Shown here piece by piece: positions 24,640 through 35,495 of a DNA stretch of 64,000 nucleotides. The position numbers and the translations under genes are program-made. This DNA is from Marsupella aquatica. Lineage: Eukaryota; Plantae; Marchantiophyta. The stretch spans positions 10,776,695-10,840,694 of the forward strand of contig OZ316896.1 of NCBI GenBank assembly GCA_973895155.1, read 5' to 3'. The notes beneath the pieces are model-generated. The model did not search any database. It saw only the letters and a list, made by a program, of their open reading frames with translations, and was not told the origin of the DNA. Every line of letters begins with the position of its first letter. Positions within the stretch are counted from its first letter, which is position 1.

Positions 24640-25505
24640 GCTTCGTCCTCTAACAGAACCAGTCAATGAGAGAGCAACCTCAGACGCGACTGGTCGCGTC
24701 AACTGAACCTAAACAACTATATCCACTGAACCTTCTGTGGAGATTTGGATATGGTACGCGCTCAGTAAATCTATCCAGTTTCCTTCTCACACGCGACTGG
24801 TCGCGTCAACTGGTCCTAAAAGGAACCTTACCTCCTCTAACAGAACCAGTCAATGAGAGATCTACATCAGACGCGACTAGTCACGTCAACTGGTCCTAAA
24901 AGGAACCTTACCTCCTCTAACAGAACCAGTCAATGAGAGAGCTACCTCAGACGCGACTGGTCGCGTCAACTGAACCTAAACAGCTATATCCATTGAACCT
25001 TCCTTGTGGAGATTTGGATATGGTACGCGCTCAGTAAATCTATCCAGTTTCCTTCTCACAGCGACTAGTCGCGTCAACTCGTCTTAAAAGGAACCTTATC
25101 TCCTCTAACAGAACCAGTCAATGAGAGAGCTACCTCAGACACGACTGGTCGCATCAACTGAACCTAAAGAACTATATCCACTAAACCTTCCTTGTGGAGA
25201 TTTGGATATGGTACGCGTTCAGTAAATCTATCCTGTTTCCTTCTGACACGCGACTGGTCGCGTCAACTGGTCCTAAAAGGAACCTTACCTCCTCTAACAA
25301 AACCAGTCAATGAGAGAGCTACCTGACGCGACTGGTCGCGTCAACTAAACCTAAACAACTATATCCACTGAACCTTCCTTGTGGAGATTTGGATATGGTA
25401 CGCGCTCAGTAAAATCTATCCAGTTTCCTTCTCACACGCGACTGGTCGCGTCAACTGGTCCTAAAAGGAACCTCACAATATTTTCACGTGACTGGTCGCG
25501 TCAAC
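24640..25505. repeat. Internal tandem array (~187-bp unit plus an ~80-bp partial) rich in ACGCGACTGGTCGCGT palindromes
   Basis: cctctaacagaaccagtcaatgag recurs at about 24647, 24834, 24914, 25102 and 25291, with two palindromes per full unit. The array lies upstream of the F-box/ParB cluster. Confidence 0.92.
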
Positions 25506-28044
25506 AGCTCAAACAACTTTTGGACAATAGGATAATACAGTGATACAACTGTGATTACTGACCCGTACGGACAAGGAAATCCGAGTAAGCATGATTTCAT
25601 TCATTTGTATTCATTCATGAACTTTACAATAATTCAGATGTTTGAGCTCTGTCATTGTGAAACTATTATATATCAGAAGTTTAGAGAATGATCCAGTTAA
25701 GATGATTCAATTTAGCAGTCTACTGGTTGTATTCGTCAATTAAAGGATTCAGTGTAATGAGATTCACATAACATGAGAGTTTATATGATTAAATTCACAG
25801 CGTGCAAGTTTGTAATGACTTACTTAAGACGATTTAGGTTGTATTTTAATTAGTGAGTTTGTATGATTCACACATATTTGAGTTTACAAACAAACCGCAT
25901 TATGAAAACTGTGCTTAACAATCAAGAGAAATTTTAGCAAACCACAATCAACACCAGCAGAAAATGTAGAAATTACACCTGAATTCTGAAAAATTGATGT
26001 AATCGTTTGAGAGATTGACATCCAAGCACTTGAAGACCTTGCTGCGGCATTCCAGAAAGTAAATATAAGATTGAAGATATTAATATGCTAAGCAACAACA
26101 ACACAGCTTCTATACTTCTATACATAGAGCTTCGCTGCCACCAATTGAATAACATGTGCTTAATGCTAAGGAGCTCATTATGTCGAGTTAAAAAGACTCT
26201 TTCAAAAGTACAATCAAAGCTGTGGATAGGCAAACTGAGCATGAATAAAAGCGCACTAAACCTGAAGATTCAAAGAGATGAAACAAACCTGAATGCTGAA
26301 TGGAAGGAGCTAAAACAAGCTGCCAAAAAGTAGTTCGAGCTGCTGAAACACGTTGATCGAGCTGATATGAGCTTAAAATTGGCTGACACGAGCTGATACA
26401 AGCACTCCCAAAAAGCTAGCTGCAACGAACTAGCAAACTAGAAGTGAATACGAGTTGTAAATGCGAGCTGCAATGCGCCAACGAGCTCCTGGTCGAAACG
26501 ATGGACAACTACTAAGAGCTGCAACGCGCCGACAAGCACCTGACCACAACGAACAAGCTGCAACGACAAAAATGAAATCCAGGGCAGGAGCAAGAGCGAG
26601 AGCGACGAGAGTGAGAGAGAGAGCGACGAGAGCAGGCACGCGAAAGTCTAGGGAGCAAGAAACAACAACAATGAACAATGAACTCGAGACCGTGGGCGCC
26701 GACACTAAGAAAGGACTAATTAGGGTATTGTTTTAGCATAACCCTAATAACAGCCTAGCGACAGGAAGGTTCCAAATGATCTTCGTACACTCCACCATCG
26801 ACTGAACAAACTATGCAATCGTGAAAAAAAGATTACCAGATTCCTTTTGATTTGCCGTACTAAAGGAGATTTCTATTTGATCGCCAATTTGAAATTTAAA
26901 CCGGTAATTATGCAACTGCGAAAGATTGTTAGTGGGGACCCCCGGATCCGTATCTTCACTATATCTGCCAATTCAAATCCAAAATGTGAACGAATGACAA
27001 CTTTCTCACGATTGTTCCATCACGTAGTGGAGGCGAACTTCAAAATCATTCCATTTTGGTAGTGGAGACCGTCGGATCCGGATCCGTACTCCACTCTCTA
27101 TCTTGCCAATTCAAACCCTTACTCTAAACAACGTAAAACGATTCTCACGGTCGGGGAGAACCGATATTCAAAATCAATCTTATACAATGATTCTCACGAC
27201 TGGAGACTCAACCAATTTTCAAAATCAAAATCGAGTCCAGATGAACACATCCTCCATGGAGTCAATAGACTGATCTCATTGCTCACGGATCATTCTTAAT
27301 TTTCAATTTCTCCTGACCAAGATACTAGGCTCTCAGCGGAGGCTGATCCAAGGCACATTTGAGGTGGAGCAGATTGGATCATTCAACTATTCCAGTCGGA
27401 GGCGGAGCTCATTCAAGCAACGATGGCGCAGTTCTTGTAGTATCACCTTCAATCTTGGGGAGAGCACATCCGATCAAGCAGGAGAGTTGCGACGAAGCGA
27501 GACGACAAACATTTAGAACCTCCATAGTCTGCCTCATTCATCAAAGCATTCTAGCGGACCAACAAAGAGCGGCTATTCTGAAATCACAGTCTGGTCAAGG
27601 ATTTTGATCTTGATACGATCAACAAGTTGTCATTCTCTGGTGGTGGGATTCGATCATGATACTCAAGGAAATTGGAGTTCGAAGGAGGAGGCTTAGTTGG
27701 CTGGGACGAGGAGGCTACGCTGGAAGGAAGAGGCTTGGCTGGGAGGAGGGTTTCCGCCAACATCGGAGGGTTGCCACCAACATTTGCTCAGACCACACGC
27801 AACTGAATAACTTGTAAGTATCAATCAGCATTAATTCCGCAATAAATGAGGAGAGTAGTTGCCTTAAATCACGCATTCAATGCATGAATTGAGTCAATGA
27901 AGTTATGGTCCAATTTCTCACTCCGATTTTGATCAATCCGTGTTTCAAGTCCAATACAGAAGCAATGTATCAAAAGTACTAGTAGAGGATCCGAATGAAT
28001 TCTCTAGTCTAAAATTGTATGGCGTACGCGTATAGTTGTCCGTA

Positions 28045-29000
28045 CGTTTTGCTATTGTTTATTGTAGTCGACGACCTAGCAAAACGAAACATAATCGAGG
28101 TCCATTTTTGAGATCTTCCTAATCTCAACTTGTTAGTAGGATGACCTGTTTTTTGGTTACACATGTAGTTTGTCACGTGCACAGTCGCTTGAACCAATTT
28201 ATCTCGTGTCTTTTGATATTGTTTATTGTAGTCGACAGCCTAGCGAATTGGCCAGCAATCTATTTTAAAACCAACGTCTTCGTTTCATCACGCGCACGGT
28301 CGCGTTAATTTTTTAGAGGTCAGCGAAAGCTCTGCACTCTTAGACGTAATCGCCCTTTATTTCTCAGATCTTCCTGATCTCAACTTGTTAGTAGGATGAC
28401 CTATTTTTTGGTTACACATGTAGTTCATCATGCGCACAGTCGCGTGAACCAATTTATCTCGTGTCTTTTGATATTGTTTATTGTAGTCGAAAGCCTAGCG
28501 AATTGGCCAGAAATCTATTTTGAAACCGAGTTCTGATTCACGCAACCGGTCGCGTTAATGTTTTAGAGGTCAGCAAAAGCTCTGCACTCTTAGACGTAAT
28601 CGCCCTTTATTTCTCAGATCTGCCTTATCTCAACTTGTTAGTAGGATGACCTGTTTTTTGGGTTACACATGTAGTTCATCAGGCGCACAGTCGCGTGAAC
28701 CAATTTATTTTGATATTGTTTATTGTAGTCGACTGCCCAGCGAATTGGCCAGAAATATATTTTAAAACCGAGGTCTTCGTTTCATCACGCGCCCAGTCGC
28801 GTTAATGTTTTAGAGGTCAGCGAAAGCTCTGCACTCTTAGACATAATCGCCCTTTATTTCTCAGATCTGCCTGATCTCAACTTGTTAGTAGGATGACCTG
28901 TTTTTGGTTACACATGTAGTTCATCACGCGCACAGTCGCGTGAACCAATTTATCTCAGGTCTTTTTGATATTGTTTATTGTAGTCGACAGCCTAGCGAAT
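28045..29000. repeat. Internal tandem array (~250-bp unit, ~4 copies) with ACGCG-N6-CGCGT motifs
   Basis: tctcaacttgttagtaggatgacc occurs at about 28123, 28377, 28628 and 28875. Motif copies such as acgcgcacagtcgcgt and acgcgcacggtcgcgt are in each unit. Confidence 0.92.
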
Positions 29001-29205
29001 TGTCAGTCAGAGGAATCTTGATTTTTCCTTGATTGCAAAAATGGTTACATCCATCCCAAAGGACTTCGGATGTGGAATCCATATCCACTAGCACTATCCA
29101 GGAATTTAAGCTACACAATATCTATAACAAGTTCTAACTTGAACTACTCTTGAATCTGTAGTTCTAATCTTCGACTACTCAAAATATTTGTTGACTTCGA
29201 TCGAG

Positions 29206-29748
29206 TCAGTCATTCCAAGATGAAGGCATCCACTCATCGGTGTCTGGTGTGGATTCCCTTGAATCCAAAAATTCTTCCTTTGCCCAAGTCCTAACGTCCA
29301 TAGATTTTCTCGGCTTTCTCTTTCTGTAATACAAATCAGAATCTTCGTTCATCTCTAATTGCCTTTTCTTCGGTGCGTCCACTTTCTTGGCCTCCTTCTT
29401 GACTGTCTTAGCGTCTGCTGCTGCTTCCCCCAAAATGGATTCGACGCATGCTCTGGCCTTCAACTTTTCCCCCCTCGAAATAGATTCCACGAGGGCTTTG
29501 CCCTTTAACTTCTCCCCTGATGCCATCTTTGTAGTCATCTCTGTCGGATTGGTCTCCATCTGATCTTCCATCAACAAATGTGGCGAACAATGTCGTCTCT
29601 CACAAAACATTTGACCCGATTTAGTCATCGTAAACATTATATTACATCGCTGACACATTCTGTAAGGAATACCATGAATTTGATACGTCAAACCTTCTAA
29701 ATTGTCCGTCGGAACATCCTCATTCTTCGAGCTCAGCGGAGTAGTCAT
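29206..29748 (-). CDS. Small Cys4 (putative zinc-binding) protein with basic NLS-like patch, 180 aa, transposon cargo
   Basis: Intact ATG-to-stop ORF with CQRC-x13-CERRHC, YYRKRKPRK and an acidic tail. A TATAAA lies on the minus strand about 130 bp upstream (~29878-29883). The ORF is divergent from the transposase. Confidence 0.6.
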   Translation of the reverse strand: MTTPLSSKNEDVPTDNLEGLTYQIHGIPYRMCQRCNIMFTMTKSGQMFCERRHCSPHLLMEDQMETNPTEMTTKMASGEKLKGKALVESISRGEKLKARACVESILGEAAADAKTVKKEAKKVDAPKKRQLEMNEDSDLYYRKRKPRKSMDVRTWAKEEFLDSRESTPDTDEWMPSSWND

Positions 29749-30064
29749 CGCCCTTCAAACAAGAGATGCTGACCGAGACTAAGAATTGGAAATGAGAGAG
29801 CTGATGTGCGAATAGATTATCCAGTAGCCAGAAAGTGGAATGCGTGGGGGAATGAGCAATAGGGATCATCTCAATGCTTTATACTGTTTAGTCTCCACTA
29901 GTCATTGTACATAGTGGTTTCTAGAAGAGGGTGCGCGTTTGACTGGCGCGTATTAGAATTGGCGGGAAGTTCAGTTGTCCTCTAATTATGGCTTTAATTT
30001 CACGTTTGGCGACCGCCCCGGGAATACTGATTGCTAGTGAAGTACTGAGATTTCTTATGAAGGT

Positions 30065-30800
30065 CAGTAGTTACTAACTGTCCGGTGTCCACTCATTGGT
30101 AAACTGGTATTGTCCACTCATTTTTCCTGAGTGGAGTTGAAATGATTGTTCGGTAATCAATTGTAGTCGTTCTCATTCACTTGAAATGACTGATGGACCA
30201 TGCATTATCTTTACCGGTATGTGTGATGCCTTTAGATCCGTAATTGTATCTTCCTGTCTCACGCGCAATCGTATCTTACTTATGAAGTACCAATTACGAG
30301 CTAGAGTTTGGGCCTAGCCTTCTAGCTTCTACGTCGTAGACCTTGTACCCTCTGACTAAGGTCACGCGACATACCTTTAGATCCGTAATTGTATCTTCCT
30401 GTCTCACGTGCAATCGTATCTTACTTATGAAGTACCAAGTACGAGCTAGAGTTTGGGCCTAGCCTTCTAGCTTCTACGTCGTAGACCCTGTTATCCCTAC
30501 ACCCTCTGACTAAGGTCACGCGACTAGTCGCGTGCAAGGCAGTGCATAATTGACTATATTCTGCCTACTTATTGACGGTTGTGACAGGACAATGCAGTTC
30601 ACAGACATTTTACTGGCGCTTATTAGCACTACTGTCCTCAGTAGTTACTGACTGTCCACTCATTTGTTCTAAGTGGATGTGAAATGATTGATCGTAATCG
30701 ATTGTGGTCATTCTCATTCATTTGACATGACTGATGGACCATGCATAGTCTGTTGCCGGTATGTGTGGTACCTCTAGGGTCACGCGACCAGTCGCGTGCA
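30065..30800. repeat. Direct duplications in the divergent promoter region upstream of the transposase
   Basis: An ~145-bp unit occurs twice (30229-30370, 30374-30525). 30065-30225 resembles 30640-30765. The perfect palindrome cacgcgactagtcgcgtg is at 30517-30534 and a near-perfect copy at 30781-30798. Confidence 0.85.
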
Positions 30801-30924
30801 GCGCAGTGCATTAACTACATTCTGTTTATTGACCGACGTGATAGGACAGTGCAGTGAAATTGACGGACGTGACAGGACTGTACGCTTACAGTGATATTCT
30901 CTGATGTGCAGGATCATAATTATT

Positions 30925-33900
30925 ATGGTGACATCGACAGTCTGGATCAGGGAAGGCGGACAAGTTATTATAGGCATACGTGAGAAATAGGTTGGAAAAG
31001 GTCGCGTGATAAGTCTTGATCCTTCTAGGGTTTGTCACAATGTTCCTCTTGGGGCGGACAGAGTTATTCTTCTATTGGAGGAAGTTTTTGACGAGACCAT
31101 TCTATGCGAAGATGGCGAACTTTTGAAGGACATGATTGGGGGTTACCTTGTATGGGAAAGGAATCAGCTTTTTCGAGCTCCCATGGAATTGGAGGATGTG
31201 TTTGGCACTGTTGGTGATGATCAGGATCCAGTCAATCAAAATTCTGATGGGAACAACCATAATGAGAGTCGGTCTGGTGTGGAAGTAGTTTTACCAAAGG
31301 CCTTGTGGATGGGCATGCCTGTAAAGGTGGTGGATGAGAACAAGTTGATTTTTGCAGTGGCAACTATACATGTTCTAGATCCTATAGTGAAGCTTGGGGA
31401 TGTCACCCTTGGGAATACACATGTGGGAATTCTGATCAACGATTTTGTCGAGGGAGCTACCATAGATCATCTGAAGCATAGAGATTGCTTAAAAGCTTGG
31501 TCGATGGACCAACTCATTGCCAAGGATGGCAACTTGTTGTCTTTCCACAACATCAGGCAAGCTGTGGGAGGGAACACATCTCCAACAAGTGGCAAGCGGT
31601 CCTACATCCATAAAAGTAGGAAAAGAAAGAGTCCATCTTCCCAGACATCTAGAAGAGACACATCTTTGGCACGTCAAGATGTGTTGTTGATAAACACTAA
31701 GGACTGTTGTAGTGAACATTGTTGCCAATATTTGGACCGCAACTTGGCTATGGCAATTAGGCAAAAGTGGTGGTCAAAATCTTTTGCGGAGCGCAAGGAG
31801 GAGGAAATCAAGGCTATTAAAAATACAATACACTTGGGTACTTGAGAAAGGATTCTAGCAGTGGAGGGCAAAGTATTGTGCTTGGAGGCATGGAGAATCA
31901 TTCATTCAAGAGGAAAGACTCAATTTTATGCCTTGAAGAAGACTGTGATGGCTGGAATGAACATAGGTACCCATGGTAATGCTGGAAAAAGGCGTATGTC
32001 CGAGAAAGTATCTCAAGCGTTCATGTTAATGAAAGAGATTATTGAGGAGGCAGCTGATCATCATCCAGCCAAGTTGAGAACCATGGCAGATAATACAAGG
32101 ATGGTTTTGAGGGAATTGCCAACAAATCTTACTTGGGAGAATATTAGAAACAGGGTTAATGTTGTCAACCAGGAGGCTGGTCTTCCTCCAATTTCCCAAC
32201 CCACCTTGGGTCATCTACATCAGATGTATTTCAGGGAGTTCTCACGTCACAAAAAGGGCACCAACTTTTCAAAGTGTACAACTTGTAGTGAGTTGCTTCA
32301 ACGGAAAGCAAACCTTACAGGAGCTAAGGAAGAGTTAGAGGGCCTAAGGCGTGACGAGGAGGAACATCACCAAGACCACACACAACAAAGAATGTGCTAT
32401 CATACCTGGAGATATGAGTCCATCCATCGTCCAAAGGAAGTGTTATGCCTTATTCATGATAAGATGGATCATTCAAAGACAGCCTTCCAAGAATGCCCTT
32501 CAATCCTAAGCATGTGGATGGTGCCCAAAAGTTCCCAATTACTGTCACTGGTATCCTTACTCATGGTCATGGTCCCAAGGCCATAGCCCAATATCATGTT
32601 GGAGTGTGGCCAGGTGATGTCAACATCACTATTGGGTCAATTGATTCAATACTAAGGATGTTGGAAAACCCAAATCCAATGATCAAATCACTTGTGGAGG
32701 GGCCAGACTCGACAAGTCTTTTTAAAGACCTCCTTTTTGGGAGAGCAGATATCTTGGAGGCAAGTGTCCTTAGAGCATTTGAGGATGACATTACCTACAT
32801 CTCAAGCCTAGGTACTTTACTCACAATCCTTTAATTTATTATTATTTAATAATATAAGCTCACACACACACTGACACTCTACTTTGTGTAGTTGTTGCTC
32901 CTCCTAGCCAAGGTTTCATTAATAGGGTTTAAACCCTAAACCCTAAATTGGGGTTTAGAGTCTGACTAGGGTTTTATTTAAAAGCATTCTGAGATTGTTA
33001 CATTGTGATGCAGTACCTGAGGCACCAAAGTTCAGGCCCCTTCCACGAGTATTGAAGCTACAACTGGATAATTGTGCCTCAGACAACAAGAACAGATATA
33101 TGATGGCTTATTTGTCATTGTTGACGGCAAGGGAGGTGTTTGAAGAGGTTCATCTTGGTTTTATGGTGGTTGGGCATACTCATCTCGGGGGTTTCACTTC
33201 CACAAAAATGGCATATCACGTGCGACGAAGTATAGGGTCATTTTATTGGTTCAAAGGGAAGACTTAAGAATTTTCTGAGAAGAACAATAGGGTCTTTTAA
33301 ATCCAATTTTGAGACTTATAAGAACATTAGGGTCCTTATAACCAAAATTTTGGAATATTCCAAGAATATTCCAACTTTATAGGGGTTGAAAAAATAAAAA
33401 AAATTATTATATTTTAGGGGGTCCGAGGCCTAAAAACGTCGCAAGTGATAGGGAGGCATCCGTATAGTGAGACCCCTGAGATACTCATGAGGACGTTGAC
33501 GGTATGTTCGGGCATTTTTCAGAGTCTATGATGCATAACCCCACATACTCATTGCCTGAGTTAATGTCCTTGTTCATGAGAGCAAGGGCACCCAATGCAG
33601 TCCCACATTTTCTACAGGAGGTCCCAGATTTCAAAAACTACTTAGCTCCATTCATGTTGAAGGGCCCTGAGGCATTGGTGGGGCATTTAAAACCCAGGCT
33701 GTTTAGGTTCTATGTTCGTCATGATAGTATGCCATGCTTCCAATACAAAATGAAGTCAACTGATCAGGGATGGTTACCCAAGGAAGGTATTGAAATGTGG
33801 TCATGGAAAGATGACAAAAGTCCTCACATCCCAATTGGGGTGCCCAAACGGCTACCAATGATGGAGTTGAAAATGCTTCCTGAAGTGCTGACAGGGTTGA

Positions 33901-34607
33901 AGAAGCATGTGTCATTCTTTGAGTTTATTCTAAAGCAAACAAAAGAGGAAGAACCAAAGCGACATTGGACAACTCTCATCAATTATTGGAATGACATTGT
34001 AGATACTCTACAGGGTGAGCAGGTGCAATATGAACCTGAAGGTGCACACAACTTGGAATACGGGTTTTGGCCTTTATCAATATGGAGAGAGCACGTTCCA
34101 CCAGAATATCGAAATGTGGCATGTGAGTTGGAGGCAACAGTGGATTATGTGGGACCAGCAAAAGATAAACCTCCTGAGAGTTTTAACCCTAGGGTTGATG
34201 TTGTGAAGGGCTGTTATGTGTTGGTACGGCCGGACGACTCAGACCTGGATGTTTATCCTGTCCATATGGGGTTAGTTGTTACAGATGTGGTAGAAGGACC
34301 AGTGAATGAACAAAACCTTCTTACTCATGTATGTGGCGTTGAGTGGTTTAGACCATTTATGGCAAAGAAGCAACGTGGTCAATCAGACTGGCAGCCAAGA
34401 GAGCGGTGGGCAGATTCTTGGGATAAGAAATGGGAACGTGATCCATCTCCCATATACAAGGAAGCTGAGACAATAGATGTTTCCTCTGCCTTGTGGTGTT
34501 TCAAAGCACGCAAAGGACCAGTGACAGGGCTGGTAGGAATTCCAAAGAATGTTGTTGTCGAGGCAAGAGACTATCTCTTGACATGCATAGCAAGTGACAA
34601 ATCCTAG
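30925..34607 (+). pseudogene. DDD transposase (Sola-like / DUF7869-type), disrupted
   Basis: Stitched from ORFs 31006-31845, 31861-32586, 32493-32834, 32995-33267 and 33504-34607. Catalytic-type motifs are LCLIHDKMDHSKT, VTGILTHG, LQLDNCASDNKN and VGHTH|EDVDGMF. Cys/His motifs are CCSEHCC, LCLEAW and FSKCTTC. ATG is at 30925. Lesions: TAG 30988, TGA 31843, a 1-bp deletion near 32485 (KTAF-PRMP) and the MITE at 33184-33480. A GT-AG intron runs 32812-33013, possibly containing a 21-nt mini-exon at 32892-32912. Confidence 0.85.
33184..33480. mobile_element. 297-bp MITE with 8-bp TSD (ATACTCAT), hAT/P-type TSD length
   Basis: TSD atactcat at 33176-33183 and 33481-33488. TIRs ctcgggggtttcact / agtgagacccctgag match 13/15. 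A subterminal inverted pair tatcacgtgcgacg / cgtcgcaagtgata is present. The interior is AT-rich and non-coding. Removing the MITE restores VGHTHEDVDGMF. Confidence 0.92.
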
Positions 34608-34699
34608 ACAGTAATGAAGCATGTAGTTTAGCATACAGTTTAAAAGGCAACTCAGAATTGTAGTAGCCAGAGAACTCAAGTTTAGACAAGTCTTATCGT

Positions 34700-35277
34700 C
34701 TAAGTTAGTTAGTTGGTTAGTTTATTTAAGATATAATATTAGTTAGTGGGGCCTTAGTTTGGTGATATTAAGGCATGATATTATTGACATTCAAATGAAT
34801 GTCCAGTAGACATTGTAATATACAACAATCCTATTAATAAATAATAATTATAGTTACACCCTCAAGTGAACTCAACTTTCAATGATTTCTGATTTTATAT
34901 GGTTCCATGCCTGATTGAGTCAAAGCAATAGAAACTAACTAATTAAAGGGTGATACTATAATTGTAGGTCACGCACCTTGGTGCATGTCAATCTTTTTTG
35001 TATTCAACCCTATAGTAATTAAATAGACAAGTTAGTTAGTTGGTTAGTTTATTTAAGATATAATATTAGTTAGTGGGCCCTTAGTTTGGTGATATTAAGG
35101 CATGATATTATTGACATTCAAATGAATGTCCAGTAGACATTGTAATATACAACAATCCTATTAATTGTTGTAAATAAACTAATTAATTAAAGGGTGGTAC
35201 TTACTATGATTGTAGGTCACGCACCCTGGTGCGTGTCAATCTTTTTTGTATTCAACCCTATAATAATTAAATAGACA
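34700..35277. repeat. Subterminal direct repeat (~325-bp period, 2 copies) near the right TIR
   Basis: agttagttagttggttagtttatttaagatataatattag...atcctattaa and gtaggtcacgcacc...aaatagacaa each occur twice. Confidence 0.88.
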
Positions 35278-35471
35278 ATTGAAACAATGAATGATAGTTT
35301 AATTAAGGATTTGTGTATGGATCAAGAGGTACTTGATGTCATTTAGTGATGCATTGTTATAAAGATCTTGCAACAAAACATTTGAAGTTTTTGACTATCC
35401 CACCAAATGTTAAAGAGGTTGATCATTCATTAACTAATAATATTTAGATAAAATTGAAATTAATCTAATAC

Positions 35472-35495
35472 TTCAGTATTCCTTAAATTGGGGTT
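35472..35495 (-). repeat. Right terminal inverted repeat (followed by TSD CCTA 35496-35499)
   Basis: ttcagtattccttaaattggggtt; reverse complement aaccccaatttaaggaatactgaa. Confidence 0.9.

Larger units (their letters stand above)
14200..35495. mobile_element. Giant (21,296 bp) TIR DNA transposon, Sola-like DDD transposase, with multi-gene cargo
   Basis: Left end aaccccaatttaaggaaaaccgaa (14200-14223) is the reverse complement of right end ttcagtattccttaaattggggtt (35472-35495) at 22/24, with the first 17 bp perfect. CCTA is duplicated on both sides (14196-14199, 35496-35499). The empty site rebuilds tttgacctaggcagatctgacctaagcc, matching the degenerate gacctaagc repeat on both flanks. A transposase gene lies inside. 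Confidence 0.9.

Noticed and set aside
24640-25505. CRISPR-like appearance of regularly spaced palindromes (also 28045-29000 and 37450-38165)
   Set aside because: The intervening sequences are themselves repeated rather than unique spacers, there are no cas genes, and the context is eukaryotic and intron-containing.
14200-35495. Classification as CACTA, Mutator, piggyBac, Helitron or endogenous virus
   Set aside because: The ends are not CACTA, and the TSD is 4 bp and not TTAA (not 2-3 or 9-11 bp). No Rep/helicase, polymerase, capsid or integrase genes were seen.
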